DNA of 64,000 nucleotides, taken from Candidatus Omnitrophota bacterium. Lineage in GTDB: Bacteria; Omnitrophota; Omnitrophia; Omnitrophales; Aquincolibacteriaceae. Within the stretch, counting starts at the first letter, position 1. Each line of letters begins with the position of its first letter. Under the pieces are notes generated by a model, which did no database searches, was not told the origin of the DNA, and saw only the letters and a program-made list of their open reading frames with translations. A program made the position numbers and the translations under genes. Location: assembly GCA_903884815.1 (NCBI GenBank), contig CAISGE010000022.1:19031-83030 (forward strand), read 5' to 3'. This document shows, in pieces, positions 45,846 through 60,315 of the stretch.

Positions 45846-46786
45846 GAAAGCTTCACTGTCTCCTTAGGTTCCGCGGCCGGTGTTTCTTCGGGCCTCGTTT
45901 TCCAGCGGTCATGCATCCATCCCCACTGATCCGGATACTGCCGTATCACGACTTCAAAATCTTTCATCCAAGCCTCGGTATATTTCCGTATCGAAGCCTC
46001 ACGGTCCCCCCGCTCGATCTTCGGCCTTATCAGATTTCCGAGGATTAGCCGATAGCGATTCCCGGGCATCCGGATCATGAACGCCGGAAGGATCGGCGCT
46101 TCCGTGTGCATGGCAAATTTCACGGGTGCCACCGTCGTGTAGGCCGGTTTTCCAAAAAAATCCACAAAGATACCGCGAACGCTATCCCGGTCCTGATCCG
46201 GTAAAAGGCCAACGATGCCACCGGCCTTCAACTGCTTATGAACACCGCGTACAGCCTCATTCTGATAGATCGTCTCGACCTTCACCGCTTTCCTCAAACC
46301 GAGGATCCAACGGTTATAGGGCTCATAATAGATACGCCGCCCCACCACGGCACCCCGGAAACCCTGCATGCAGAAGCTCCCGGCCAAAAGTTCCCAGTTG
46401 CCCATGTGCGCCGTCATTATAATGAGGCCCTTCCCTTCTTGCAAAATATCTTTGCAAAAGGAGTAGGCCTTGCCGACATCCACAAAAGCAGCCATCTTGT
46501 CGCGTGAGAGCCTGGAAAACAGGAGAAAATCCATGGCGGTCTGAAGCATATTCCCCATCACCCGCCGCCCAATCGAGTTCCGCTCTTCGGAACTCATGGC
46601 ATCCCCATAGGCAAGCTTCAGATTTTCAAGGATCTTCTCTCTCTGGCGAGAAACAAGCCGATATCCTAATTGCCCGATACCGTTCGCCCATCCCAAGGCC
46701 CAGCCACGCGGCAGGAGCGAGAGAAGCCCCGCCGCCAAACGCGCTAAAAGATAAACGGGATAGCGATAGAATTTGCGCTTGGCCAT
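45842..46786 (-). CDS. lpxL: Lipid A biosynthesis (Kdo)2-lipid IVA acyltransferase, LpxL/HtrB family
   Basis: 314 aa. HMGNWELL motif (HxGNWE) and an N-terminal hydrophobic anchor. Confidence 0.75.
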   Translation of the reverse strand: MAKRKFYRYPVYLLARLAAGLLSLLPRGWALGWANGIGQLGYRLVSRQREKILENLKLAYGDAMSSEERNSIGRRVMGNMLQTAMDFLLFSRLSRDKMAAFVDVGKAYSFCKDILQEGKGLIIMTAHMGNWELLAGSFCMQGFRGAVVGRRIYYEPYNRWILGLRKAVKVETIYQNEAVRGVHKQLKAGGIVGLLPDQDRDSVRGIFVDFFGKPAYTTVAPVKFAMHTEAPILPAFMIRMPGNRYRLILGNLIRPKIERGDREASIRKYTEAWMKDFEVVIRQYPDQWGWMHDRWKTRPEETPAAEPKETVKLS

Positions 46787-46793
46787 AAGAGGA

Positions 46794-51057
<4,264 letters not shown>

Positions 51058-51091
51058 GAAATATTTGAAATCTCAAATTTGAAATTGAACA

Positions 51092-52102
51092 TTACACCTT
51101 CCGGACTGCTTCCCGGAGTTCCGCGGGAGAAACCGTGGCAGTACCGAGTTTGCCGACAACGATCCCGGCGGCAATATTGGCGATCTTGGCCGCTTCCTGC
51201 ATCTTCGCGCCAGCCGCAAGCGAAAGTGCAAGGGTCGCGATCACAGTGTCTCCGGCGCCGGACACATCATAAACTTCGCGAGCCGCCGTCGGAACCCGTG
51301 TGATCTTGCCACCTTTTTCAAAAAGGGCCATGCCATCTTCACCGAGTGTGATGAGGACCGACTCAAGCCTCAGTTTTTTCATGAGCGCCCAGCCGACCTT
51401 CTCAAGCTCCGGAGTCTTGTGCCATGGGCCGATCGTCCGCTCATAACCCCCGTAAGCTTCTTTACGATTCGGGGTGATACAGGTCACACCTTTGTAATAA
51501 TCAAAATGTTTTTCCTTGGGGTCCACGAGCACGGGTTTCTTCCACTTCTTCGCAAGTTTCACGACCTCGCGGAGCAGGAACGGCTGCATGACACCTTTAC
51601 CGTAATCCTCAAGGATCACAACGTCCATGCGTTTGATATTCTCATGAACAAATTTGAGGATCTTAAGAAGATCATTCTTGGAAACATCTTCGGTCTTCTC
51701 GCGATCGAAGCGGACCATTTGCTGGGAATTGGCGATCACGCGTGTTTTGACGGTCGTCGGCCGGGTCGGGTCATAAATAATTCCCCCCGTTTCAATCCCC
51801 TGCTGGCGTATGGTCTTGAGAAGCATCCTTCCGTAAAGATCACGTCCGACCACGCCGCAGGGATAGGCCGCGCCCGCGAGAGATCGGATATTATGGGCGA
51901 CATTGAGGGATCCTCCGGGCATCAAGGATTCTCGCTTGACGTCCACCACCGGAACCGGGGCCTCGGGGGAGATCCGTGAGACACTTCCCCAGACGAATTG
52001 GTCGAGGATAAAATCCCCGATCACAAGGACATGCGCCCCCTTGAAGCCTTCAAGGATCTCAAGAAAATGCTTTTTTTCAGCCGCTGTAAGTGTATTTTTC
52101 AT
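51092..52102 (-). CDS. D-glycero-beta-D-manno-heptose-7-phosphate kinase (HldE/RfaE domain I, PfkB family), kinase domain only
   Basis: 336 aa. PfkB signatures (GGSLNVAHN...DVSGAGDT). No fused adenylyltransferase domain. Confidence 0.75.
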   Translation of the reverse strand: MKNTLTAAEKKHFLEILEGFKGAHVLVIGDFILDQFVWGSVSRISPEAPVPVVDVKRESLMPGGSLNVAHNIRSLAGAAYPCGVVGRDLYGRMLLKTIRQQGIETGGIIYDPTRPTTVKTRVIANSQQMVRFDREKTEDVSKNDLLKILKFVHENIKRMDVVILEDYGKGVMQPFLLREVVKLAKKWKKPVLVDPKEKHFDYYKGVTCITPNRKEAYGGYERTIGPWHKTPELEKVGWALMKKLRLESVLITLGEDGMALFEKGGKITRVPTAAREVYDVSGAGDTVIATLALSLAAGAKMQEAAKIANIAAGIVVGKLGTATVSPAELREAVRKV

Positions 52103-52312
52103 AGAGGGATAAGCCAGTTGATGGAAGGACGTATAGTATCATCCGTCAGTCAGGGTGTCCAATGAAATGCCCCATGATTTAACTCGTTTACCGTAAAGGA
52201 GTTAGACTGAATTAGCGATCGAAGAGATTGACGGTGGCGAGCTCCGCCTCGCTGGTGACGTGAATTCGGACCTTCCGGAGAGCTTTTTCGCGGAGCTTGC
52301 GGGAGAGTCTCT

Positions 52313-52600
52313 CTACTTACTTGGGCAGGACTTGCAATCCCCCGCGCAAGCCGGCGCTGATTTTGCGGCCGGCTTACCTTGCGACTTGTCTTTACTCGCG
52401 GATTCCTTGTACCCTTTCGAGCGATAATCCGTCTGATAAAAACCGCTCCCCTTGAAAAGCACGCCCGCGCCGCCGGAGATCAAGCGCTGGGCCTGGGCCT
52501 TTCCGCATTCGGGACATTTCTTGATGGCTTTCTCGGTCATCCCCTGGAATTTCTCGAAGCGATGGCCGCAAGCCGCGCATTCATATTCATAAGTCGGCAT
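52313..52600 (-). CDS. FmdB-family zinc-ribbon protein
   Basis: 95 aa. MPTYEYECAACGHRFE...CPECG is the FmdB pattern. Confidence 0.7.
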   Translation of the reverse strand: MPTYEYECAACGHRFEKFQGMTEKAIKKCPECGKAQAQRLISGGAGVLFKGSGFYQTDYRSKGYKESASKDKSQGKPAAKSAPACAGDCKSCPSK

Positions 52601-52663
52601 TCTGTATCTCCTTTAACGTGACAAGCGGCGCGTATTATAGGGCAAGACCGCAGGCTTTCAATC

Positions 52664-53455
52664 CTAGTTTTCGACGCCCGGATCGTAATGCGTCAGATAG
52701 GCCGAGACCTCGCCGAGCACCGGAACTTTTACTTTCATGACAAGAGGGATACGACGCTCGTCCATACTCATCCAACCCCGGACATTGCCTCGACGGACAA
52801 AAAAACCTTCAAACATCACAATCGGCTCGACCTCGATCGCCTGAAAGATACCGACCCCGTCGGCCTTCCGTTTCTTGACCGAATGCGTGCGCACCTCGAG
52901 ATCCCAGTTCTTTTCATCCGCATTCACCGGGATCAGGATCTTGGAATCGGGTTTCACGTCTTGGAGCCGAAGCCAATAGCAACAAGAGATCTGGTCCTGA
53001 ACATGCGGGGGGATTAACATCTCTTTGTCGCTGTTGTCCTTGATGGAATGGTACCGTCCCACATGCGCGTCCTGGTCGTACGCCATCGACGATTCCCGCT
53101 TAAAATGTCCCTCGCTCGTCTTTTTCTCATAGCGCATGGAATGGAAGTGTTCGGCATCCATATAAGTGTGGTGTGTGTCACGGACCTTGTAAATCCAGTC
53201 AAGTATCGGGCGGGATTGGATCTGAATCTCAATATGGTAAGCGTCACGCCCATTCACCTTGACCCGTTCTTTCACCTCGGAGACAGCATCCCCCACCGTC
53301 ATTCCGAGATAGCGAACCTCGAACGTCAATTTCTCCCCCAAAAAGAGCTTTGCGGTTGGCTTCTCAGAGGCGGGGAATATTTTCTCAGGCGCTCCAGAAA
53401 ATCCGGGAGAAGTCCAAAGGGCCAACGCTAAAAAAAGGAGGGCTGCTTTTTTCAT
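52664..53455 (-). CDS. Secreted DUF3108-like protein
   Basis: 263 aa with a signal peptide. Size, composition and LPS-cluster context are consistent with DUF3108. Assignment from memory. Confidence 0.45.
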   Translation of the reverse strand: MKKAALLFLALALWTSPGFSGAPEKIFPASEKPTAKLFLGEKLTFEVRYLGMTVGDAVSEVKERVKVNGRDAYHIEIQIQSRPILDWIYKVRDTHHTYMDAEHFHSMRYEKKTSEGHFKRESSMAYDQDAHVGRYHSIKDNSDKEMLIPPHVQDQISCCYWLRLQDVKPDSKILIPVNADEKNWDLEVRTHSVKKRKADGVGIFQAIEVEPIVMFEGFFVRRGNVRGWMSMDERRIPLVMKVKVPVLGEVSAYLTHYDPGVEN

Positions 53456-53460
53456 AAGCC

Positions 53461-54210
53461 TCAGTTCCGGATCGAACCATCGATGCCGATGACGATCCTC
53501 TTAACCGGCATTCTCGTTCCCGAAAGTTCCACGGCATCCTGAACCATCCGATAAAGCCCGGAACAACACGGGACTTCCATGATCACGACGGTCAGAGAAT
53601 AGACCGTATTGTTCTTGAGAAGCTCGGCGATCTTTTCGACATACGCTCCCGTTTCATCGAGCTTCGGGCATGCGATCACGAGCTTTTTCCCTTTCAGCAG
53701 ATCTTGATGAAAACTGCCGAGCGAGAAGGCCGTGCAGTCCGCCGCGATCAGAAGATCACATTCCTTGAAGTAAGGCGCGACCGGAGAGATCAGATGAAGC
53801 TGAATCGGCCATTGAGTCAATTCCGATTGCGCGGGACCTGCCGCAGTTTCTTTCCCCTCAGAGGAATCCCGTTTAATTTCGCGTGACATTGATCCGGGGC
53901 AACCTCCGAAGTGCGGTATGACGTCAGAAGCTCCGTGGACTTTTTTTGCGGCCTCAGGGCCCTGGGTTTTCATCACATGCTGGACCGCGGCCTTCGCATC
54001 GTACTCCGCGCTTTCTCTTTCCACGATCTTGAGCGCCCCGACCGGGCAAACATCCAGACAGGCTCCCATCCCGTCGCAAAAGATCTCTTTCACGAGCACG
54101 GCTTTTTTTTCCTTATCGAGGATCAGGGCTCCCTCGGCGCAGGCTGTGGTGCAAAGCCCGCATCCGTTGCATTTTTCGCGATCGATCTCGATGATCTTGC
54201 GCTTCGCCAT
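53461..54210 (-). CDS. 4Fe-4S dicluster ferredoxin-domain protein with Cys-rich C-terminal domain
   Basis: 249 aa. CNGCGLCTTAC and CDGMGACLDVCP cluster motifs. Additional Cys in HFGGCPG, AADCTAF, ACPKLDE, PCCSG. Confidence 0.65.
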   Translation of the reverse strand: MAKRKIIEIDREKCNGCGLCTTACAEGALILDKEKKAVLVKEIFCDGMGACLDVCPVGALKIVERESAEYDAKAAVQHVMKTQGPEAAKKVHGASDVIPHFGGCPGSMSREIKRDSSEGKETAAGPAQSELTQWPIQLHLISPVAPYFKECDLLIAADCTAFSLGSFHQDLLKGKKLVIACPKLDETGAYVEKIAELLKNNTVYSLTVVIMEVPCCSGLYRMVQDAVELSGTRMPVKRIVIGIDGSIRN

Positions 54211-54222
54211 AAAAACTCCTTT

Positions 54223-55257
54223 TCAGGTGAGAAGTTCCCGTGCGGCCGTAAAAACCGCCTCGAGGGGGATTTCTTGGATGTAAGTGAATTTTCTTTCGGG
54301 GGACGGAATCGCCGAGACATCTTTGTCCACGACACGGCATTTGTCGCCGAGCGGCCGCCATCGCTGGGGTCCTAACCCCGGTTCATATCTGCCGAAAATC
54401 GAAACCACTGGGCATCCCACAGCTGCCCCGATATGCGCCGGCCCGGAATCGTTGGAGACAAGCAGAGCCGATTTCTTAAGAAGCGCCCCCAGCATCCCGA
54501 GCGAGAGCTTCCCGCTCAGATCCAGCACGGGGACCACGGTCTTTTGTTTCAGGCGCTCAATGATCGCCTGGTCCTTCACGGTGCCAATCGCAAGAAAAAT
54601 AGAAGCGCGCTCTTTATCGAGACGCGTCACCAGCTCAGCAAAGCGCTCCGCCGGCCACATCTTGGTGACATCACTCGCCGAGGGACTCACCACAATCCAT
54701 GGTTTATCCGATGAAATTTTTAGTTCAAGAGACAAATTTGCCACCAAGCTTACGGATTTTTCCGTCACGGGGAAATAGGGCTCGAGTTTTTCCGGACGGG
54801 CGATCCCAAGGGGCGCGAGAAGATCAAAGAGATATTCAGCCTCGTGCTCCTCGCCCTCTTTTTTGTTATACGGATGAGCATGCGTCAAAGCCCAGGACGC
54901 GCGCCGGGTGTATCCGATCCTGACCGGAATACCGGCAAGCCAGCCGGCAAGATGCATCCGGTTCGTACCGTGAGCATGGATCACAAGATCGAATTTCCTT
55001 TTCCGGAGCCGCTGGCTGAAGCGGAACTGTCCGAAAAGGCTTCTCTCCGTTCCCTTTTTATCGTACAAAATAACTTCATCAAGGAAGGGGTTCCCTTCGA
55101 CAATCTCACGGTGTTCAAGAAACACAAGCGCGACGATGTGGGCTTTCGGGAACTTTTCGCGCAAAGCCTTAAAAAGGGGCGTCGTCAGCACCAGATCACC
55201 GATGCGATCGGTGCGAGTCACCAGAATGCGCGGGGTTTCAGGAAGAGTGATGGGCAT
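54223..55257 (-). CDS. Glycosyltransferase family 9 (ADP-heptose:LPS heptosyltransferase)
   Basis: 344 aa. ILVTRTDRIGDLVLTTPLFKAL GT9 N-terminal motif. Confidence 0.8.
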   Translation of the reverse strand: MPITLPETPRILVTRTDRIGDLVLTTPLFKALREKFPKAHIVALVFLEHREIVEGNPFLDEVILYDKKGTERSLFGQFRFSQRLRKRKFDLVIHAHGTNRMHLAGWLAGIPVRIGYTRRASWALTHAHPYNKKEGEEHEAEYLFDLLAPLGIARPEKLEPYFPVTEKSVSLVANLSLELKISSDKPWIVVSPSASDVTKMWPAERFAELVTRLDKERASIFLAIGTVKDQAIIERLKQKTVVPVLDLSGKLSLGMLGALLKKSALLVSNDSGPAHIGAAVGCPVVSIFGRYEPGLGPQRWRPLGDKCRVVDKDVSAIPSPERKFTYIQEIPLEAVFTAARELLT

Positions 55258-56215
55258 TAAGAAGCTCCAGGGAGAGTTCGATCACCTTCTCCGGCCCAAG
55301 GCCATGAAAACAACTGCGCTCGGCACGGTGCAATTTGTGAGACTCGCAGGAACATTGCTCGGCATCTCCCCGCGCGATACGAAAACGCGGCCCCTCATGG
55401 CCGTATTTCTCATGATCTGTCGGTCCAAAGATCCCAACCGTCGGCGTCCCCAGCTCAAAACCCAGATGCATGAGGGCGCTGTCGTTGGCGATCACAAGCG
55501 CGGCCTTTGCGACAAGCGAAGCGGTCTCCGGGAAAGTCAGGTCCCCGCAAATCACTCCGGCCACCCCGGAAAGCTCCGCCGCGATCTTTTCCGCCACGGG
55601 CCGCTCTGCGAGCGTTCCCGCCAAAAGGATCTTTTTCCCCGTTCTTTGATGAAGCGTCCGTATCACTTCCGTGAAATATTCCACCGGCCAGCGCTTCCGC
55701 TCGGTCGCCGCTCCCGGCGCCACCAGGACCCAGTCCCTTTTCTCCTGAATATTGGCGGCCTCAAGCGCCCGCATCGCGAAAACCTCGTCCTTTGCATTAA
55801 AAAACCGGAAAATGGAACCTTGAGGGATATCGCCTTCCACGGCAAAAAGCATTTCAAGATGCCGGTCTCGCATGTTGACCTTGGTGAATTTCCTGAACAG
55901 AGGCGACGGCTTTTGGCAGGAGACCAAAAACGGGATCGCGGTATTGCGCAGGTCCACCACACGATCGTATTTCGCACGGCGAAGCTCTGCAATAAATTTC
56001 AGCTTCTCCCGGAGAGGCGCCTTTTTGTCATAAATCACGATCTTATGAATATCGGGGCTGCTCTGCAGGACGCTCCGCGCGCGCGGGCCCACGACCACCG
56101 TGATCCTGGCCTCAGGATATTTCTTTGCAAGCGCCATGATCACCGGCGTTGTCAGGATCACATCGCCGAAATTGCTTAATGTCACTACGAGAATATTATT
56201 TGTCATGGGTTTCAC
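55238..56215 (-). CDS. Glycosyltransferase family 9 (heptosyltransferase)
   Basis: 325 aa. ILVVTLSNFGDVILTTPVIMAL. Overlaps the next GT9 gene by 20 nt. Confidence 0.8.
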   Translation of the reverse strand: MKPMTNNILVVTLSNFGDVILTTPVIMALAKKYPEARITVVVGPRARSVLQSSPDIHKIVIYDKKAPLREKLKFIAELRRAKYDRVVDLRNTAIPFLVSCQKPSPLFRKFTKVNMRDRHLEMLFAVEGDIPQGSIFRFFNAKDEVFAMRALEAANIQEKRDWVLVAPGAATERKRWPVEYFTEVIRTLHQRTGKKILLAGTLAERPVAEKIAAELSGVAGVICGDLTFPETASLVAKAALVIANDSALMHLGFELGTPTVGIFGPTDHEKYGHEGPRFRIARGDAEQCSCESHKLHRAERSCFHGLGPEKVIELSLELLNAHHSS

Positions 56216-56256
56216 AGATCGTCAGGCTCTTACGTGAACCATAAATTTTAATTATT

Positions 56257-57000
56257 TTACTTTTTAACCAGGACTTCCAACGCGAGCAGGAGATCGCTGC
56301 TCTCTTTATACGTCACAATCCTATCCGTCTTGAAATGCTTCATCGCTTCCACCGAAAGTGCGTTCTTGCAATAGACGTAAAAAGGAATAGTTGCGAGAGC
56401 GGGTTGTTGGAGAAGCTCTTGCGCGATCTTCCGCGGATCGAGAACTGCCTCGTCCTCCCAAAACTGGCAAAGAACCATTGTGGGGCGCGAGCTTTGAATC
56501 AATTGGACAGCATCCTTCTCATGAAGCGCTATAAGAACATCGAAATGCTGCGACTTCAAAAGAGCCTCGATCTTAGCCACCAGAAAATCTTCCACGCCCC
56601 CAAGAACAACGCGCTTCAACGGGTTCACCCTCTTCTCGCCGCCGCCGACAAGCGCATCCACTCGATCGATGAGGGCCTTAAAGTCGAGCGGCTTACGCAT
56701 AAACTCGACACCGGCCATGTCCGCAAAGAAGTCTTTCATGCTGCCTTTCCCGGAAAAGATAATCGCCGGAATATTCTTCGACTCCGGATTTTGTCGGATC
56801 TTCTGCATGGCCTCATAACCGCTGGTCTGAGGCATCATAACATCCATGATGATTGCTAGAGGTTTTTCGCTGCTCACTTTCGCAATCGCTTCTTCCCCGG
56901 TGGAAGCAGAACTAACGTCATAACCTTCCGAAGTAAATCTTGTGTTAAGGAGCGAGACGATAGATGGGTCATCGTCAACAATGAGTATCTTTTTTGCCAT
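56257..57000 (-). CDS. Response regulator receiver protein with a second degenerate receiver-like domain, no output domain
   Basis: 247 aa. KILIVDDDPS...IIMDVMMP...K receiver residues, followed by a second ~110-aa CheY-like fold. Confidence 0.65.
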   Translation of the reverse strand: MAKKILIVDDDPSIVSLLNTRFTSEGYDVSSASTGEEAIAKVSSEKPLAIIMDVMMPQTSGYEAMQKIRQNPESKNIPAIIFSGKGSMKDFFADMAGVEFMRKPLDFKALIDRVDALVGGGEKRVNPLKRVVLGGVEDFLVAKIEALLKSQHFDVLIALHEKDAVQLIQSSRPTMVLCQFWEDEAVLDPRKIAQELLQQPALATIPFYVYCKNALSVEAMKHFKTDRIVTYKESSDLLLALEVLVKK

Positions 57001-57120
57001 ATCAAACCCTCCTCTAAAAGCTTCCTTAAAACCCTGTTGCTTTGTGCGCGAAAAGCCTTTTTAAAAACTTACGGACATTGACGAAAAGAATACCGTGATT
57101 CTTAGCGCAAGGGATCTTTT

Positions 57121-58146
57121 TTATTTTCCGATCAACCGCTCCACGGCATCCATCACTTCGTCCGGAGATATTTTGCATAGCCACCCGTCCGCGGGAAGCT
57201 CTTCGCCGAAAAACGGCACGCTATATCCCGTGGGGACATATTGCAACACGAGGCTCTCTCCCGTCCCCCGGGGGCCGGTCAATTTCGGATCGGTGGGCCC
57301 GAAGATCGCGACGACCTTGGCGCCGACACCGGAAGCGATATGCATTGGACCAGAATCACCGGTGACTAGACACGCCGCCTTTTGATAGATTGCGGCCGAA
57401 ACGCGGAGACCTGTCTTGCCGACAAGATCGATTACTTTCGCTTTCTTCACGCCCTTGCTGAATAACTCAAAAAGAGGCCGGTCCTGCGCGGAGCCGGTCA
57501 CCACGACCGGGAGCTTCCACCGCTCCGCGACCTTGTCCGCGAGCGCAGCAAAATGCTCCGGCGGCCATCGCTTCGGCTCCCAGTTCGCGCCAAGATGAAA
57601 ACAAATATATTTTGAGCCGGAGGCAAGTCCATTTTCGCTCAGCGCAGCACGGGCCTTCGCTTCATCCTCCGGCTTGAAATAAAACTGGGACTTCGGCTCC
57701 GCGGGGATCCCGAAGCCGGTACCTTTCATGAACGCCATAAAATAATCAAGCTGATGGAGTTTCCCGGCAGGTTCTGTCACCGGAGTGGTCAGAAAAAGCT
57801 TCCGCCCCTTGCCGTACCCGATCCGCTTTTTCACGTCGGCGAAAAAAAGCATCGCGGCGCGCGAGCGGGACCGGTGAAAAACATAGCCTTCCTCCCAGGG
57901 TCCGAGCCTCCGAAGCTCCCGAATGAATCGCATACGGCTCAACCACGAACGATGACTCCCCTTTTCGTCGAAGGCGAGAAATGCCGAGACCGCGGGATGG
58001 GCCTCCAGGATCTCACGGCATCGCTCCGGCGCAATGCAGGTGATCGCAGCTTCAGGATATTTTTGTTTGATCAGATCCAGCGCGGGCATCTGAAAAAGAA
58101 GATCCCCCAGCCAATTCTTCATCACAACGACAATTTTCACGCCCAA
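57121..58146 (-). CDS. Glycosyltransferase family 9 (heptosyltransferase)
   Basis: 341 aa. KIVVVMKNWLGDLLFQMPALDLIKQKYPEA. Confidence 0.8.
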   Translation of the reverse strand: MGVKIVVVMKNWLGDLLFQMPALDLIKQKYPEAAITCIAPERCREILEAHPAVSAFLAFDEKGSHRSWLSRMRFIRELRRLGPWEEGYVFHRSRSRAAMLFFADVKKRIGYGKGRKLFLTTPVTEPAGKLHQLDYFMAFMKGTGFGIPAEPKSQFYFKPEDEAKARAALSENGLASGSKYICFHLGANWEPKRWPPEHFAALADKVAERWKLPVVVTGSAQDRPLFELFSKGVKKAKVIDLVGKTGLRVSAAIYQKAACLVTGDSGPMHIASGVGAKVVAIFGPTDPKLTGPRGTGESLVLQYVPTGYSVPFFGEELPADGWLCKISPDEVMDAVERLIGK

Positions 58147-58218
58147 GCCCCTATCTTCTTTTTGTAAAAGGTGGCTTGGGCTGTCATGATAACCTGCCTA
58201 TCTTTTTATTGATGAGGA

Positions 58219-60315
58219 TCATGAAGAGAGTGCCCTCTGGCAATGTTCGAAGACTTCCTCCACCGAGATATGCGTGAGACACGCCATCGTTTCCTTGGCC
58301 TTGCAGACGCCGTCGTAGCAGGGTTGACAGGGCAGGTGATGCGAAAGGACATCGATCTTTTTCCCAGGAGGAAGATGCCGCTTGGCATCCGTAGGTCCGA
58401 AAAGCGCCACGATCGGGACATTCATCGCGGCGGCCATGTGAAGCGGTGCTGTATCCCCCGTCACGACCAGATGAAACTGTTTAAAATAAGCGGGCAATTC
58501 CTCAAGCGAGGTCTTGCCGACAAGATCGAGCACTTTACCCGCCTCGAAAGAATAAAAAGGCTTGCTAAGCTCCGCTTCCTCCGGAGAACCGATGAGCACG
58601 ATCCTCGCGTCATATTTCTCGAGAAGTCGTTTCGCGAGCGCCACAAAATGCCCGGGAGGCCAACGCTTGCTCGGCCAATTGGGACTGGATCCCATGACAA
58701 AGCCAATCATCTTCGTAGACTCCCGCGGTTCGAGGATGGCGAGAACTTCCTTGGCTTTTTCAACGCTCCCGGGTTTCGGCCAAAGCTCGAGCGTATCATC
58801 GAACTGGGTGACCCCCGCCTTGGAAAGCACGCGGAACTGATGGCGAAGCGGCGAATCCCCGACCTCGAAGGTTCGGTCAGGCCGATTCAACAAAAATCCC
58901 CATTTCCCGCGGGCGAAACCAAAGCGCTGTACCGCACCGCCCAGGTAGGCCAAAAGATGCGTCCATTTGTTATTGTGAAGATCCACCGACATATCGAATC
59001 CTTCCCGGCGGATGCGACGCGCGGTCTTCAAAAGATAAAGGAAATTCGAAAGTTTTTTGCGGTCCACCAGGATCATGTCATCCAGATAAGGGCACGCGGA
59101 TACGATCGGGGCGATCTTGCGATCCACGAGAAGCGTGATCGAAGCGTCCGGATAGCGCTCCCGGAGCATTCTCAAGGAAGGCACGACCAGGATCAGATCA
59201 CCCATCGCCCCGAGCTTGATCACGAGGATCTTCCGCCGCTTGCGGACTTCCGCATAAACTTCCAGGGTTTTCCGTACCATTTGCTCCAGGTTGAATTTTT
59301 CTTCCACTTTTTTCCGTAGCTTGACGGCAAAGGACTTGGCCTTTTCCCGGTCCGTCAGAAGCTGATACATCGCCTCAGCCATCGCGGGAATATTTCTCGG
59401 CGGAAAAAGCAGGCCGTTCTCATTGTGATCGATAATGTCCGGCACGCCACCCAGCCAGGTCGCGGCCACAGGTGTCCCCACGGCTCCCGCCTCGATGATC
59501 ACACGGCCAAAAGGTTCGGGGATCAGCGAAGAAAGCACCAGCAGATCCGACTGCGCTAAAAGTCCCGCCACATCCCGCGTGGAGGGAAGGATCTTCACAC
59601 ACGACTCGAGCCCAAACTGTTGCACGGTTTTTTTCATCAGATCGGTGTAACGGTGCTTGCCGCGACCTTCAGACCCGACGATCCAGACCTCAAAATGTGG
59701 GAGACGGCTGCGCAGGAGATGCACGGCTTTCAGAAATTCGATCTGGCCCTTGGCCGGAGAAAAGCGGCCGATGTGGATGATCCTCATGGGACCCGGGTGC
59801 TTCTCAAATTTCGCGTAAGAAAACGTGAACTGGGTGAGGTCGACGCCGCGCGGGATCAGGCGAATCCTGTCCGGTGGAACATTGAACTCATCGATCATGC
59901 GCCGGCCGATCGCGTGCGACGCCACGATCACGCGCTTCCCCCACCCCATCACAAAACTCATCGGATGGACCGAATAATGCCCGTGACAGGTCGTAATAAA
60001 AGGGATGCCGGCTTTGCGGGCGGCAAGCCACCCAAGCCACGCCGGAACGCGACTCCGGCCATGAATGATATCCACGCGTTCGCGCTGAATGATCCGGACG
60101 AGCTCTTCGACCAGGAAAAGCCCGGCCAGGGATTTCTGATGCACCGGCAGGCCATAATGCGGGATACCGATCTTCTGAAGCTCGGCAACGAGCGCTCCCC
60201 CGGAGGAAACCACCACCGTCTCGTGGCCTTCCTTTTTCATCGCGCGCGCCAGATCCACCACGCCCCGTTCGGTGCCGCCGAGCTCCAACGCGGGCAAAAG
60301 CTGCATTACTTTCAT
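58219..60315 (-). CDS. Fusion protein: N-terminal GT4 (group-1) glycosyltransferase + C-terminal GT9 heptosyltransferase domain
   Basis: 698 aa. Residues 1-~350 carry the GT4 fold (MKVMQLLPALELGGTERGVVDLARAM...EAGAVGTPVAAT). Residues ~355-698 carry the GT9 fold (ILVIKLGAMGDLILVVPSLRML...GDTAPLHMAAAM). Confidence 0.75.
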   Translation of the reverse strand: MKVMQLLPALELGGTERGVVDLARAMKKEGHETVVVSSGGALVAELQKIGIPHYGLPVHQKSLAGLFLVEELVRIIQRERVDIIHGRSRVPAWLGWLAARKAGIPFITTCHGHYSVHPMSFVMGWGKRVIVASHAIGRRMIDEFNVPPDRIRLIPRGVDLTQFTFSYAKFEKHPGPMRIIHIGRFSPAKGQIEFLKAVHLLRSRLPHFEVWIVGSEGRGKHRYTDLMKKTVQQFGLESCVKILPSTRDVAGLLAQSDLLVLSSLIPEPFGRVIIEAGAVGTPVAATWLGGVPDIIDHNENGLLFPPRNIPAMAEAMYQLLTDREKAKSFAVKLRKKVEEKFNLEQMVRKTLEVYAEVRKRRKILVIKLGAMGDLILVVPSLRMLRERYPDASITLLVDRKIAPIVSACPYLDDMILVDRKKLSNFLYLLKTARRIRREGFDMSVDLHNNKWTHLLAYLGGAVQRFGFARGKWGFLLNRPDRTFEVGDSPLRHQFRVLSKAGVTQFDDTLELWPKPGSVEKAKEVLAILEPRESTKMIGFVMGSSPNWPSKRWPPGHFVALAKRLLEKYDARIVLIGSPEEAELSKPFYSFEAGKVLDLVGKTSLEELPAYFKQFHLVVTGDTAPLHMAAAMNVPIVALFGPTDAKRHLPPGKKIDVLSHHLPCQPCYDGVCKAKETMACLTHISVEEVFEHCQRALSS

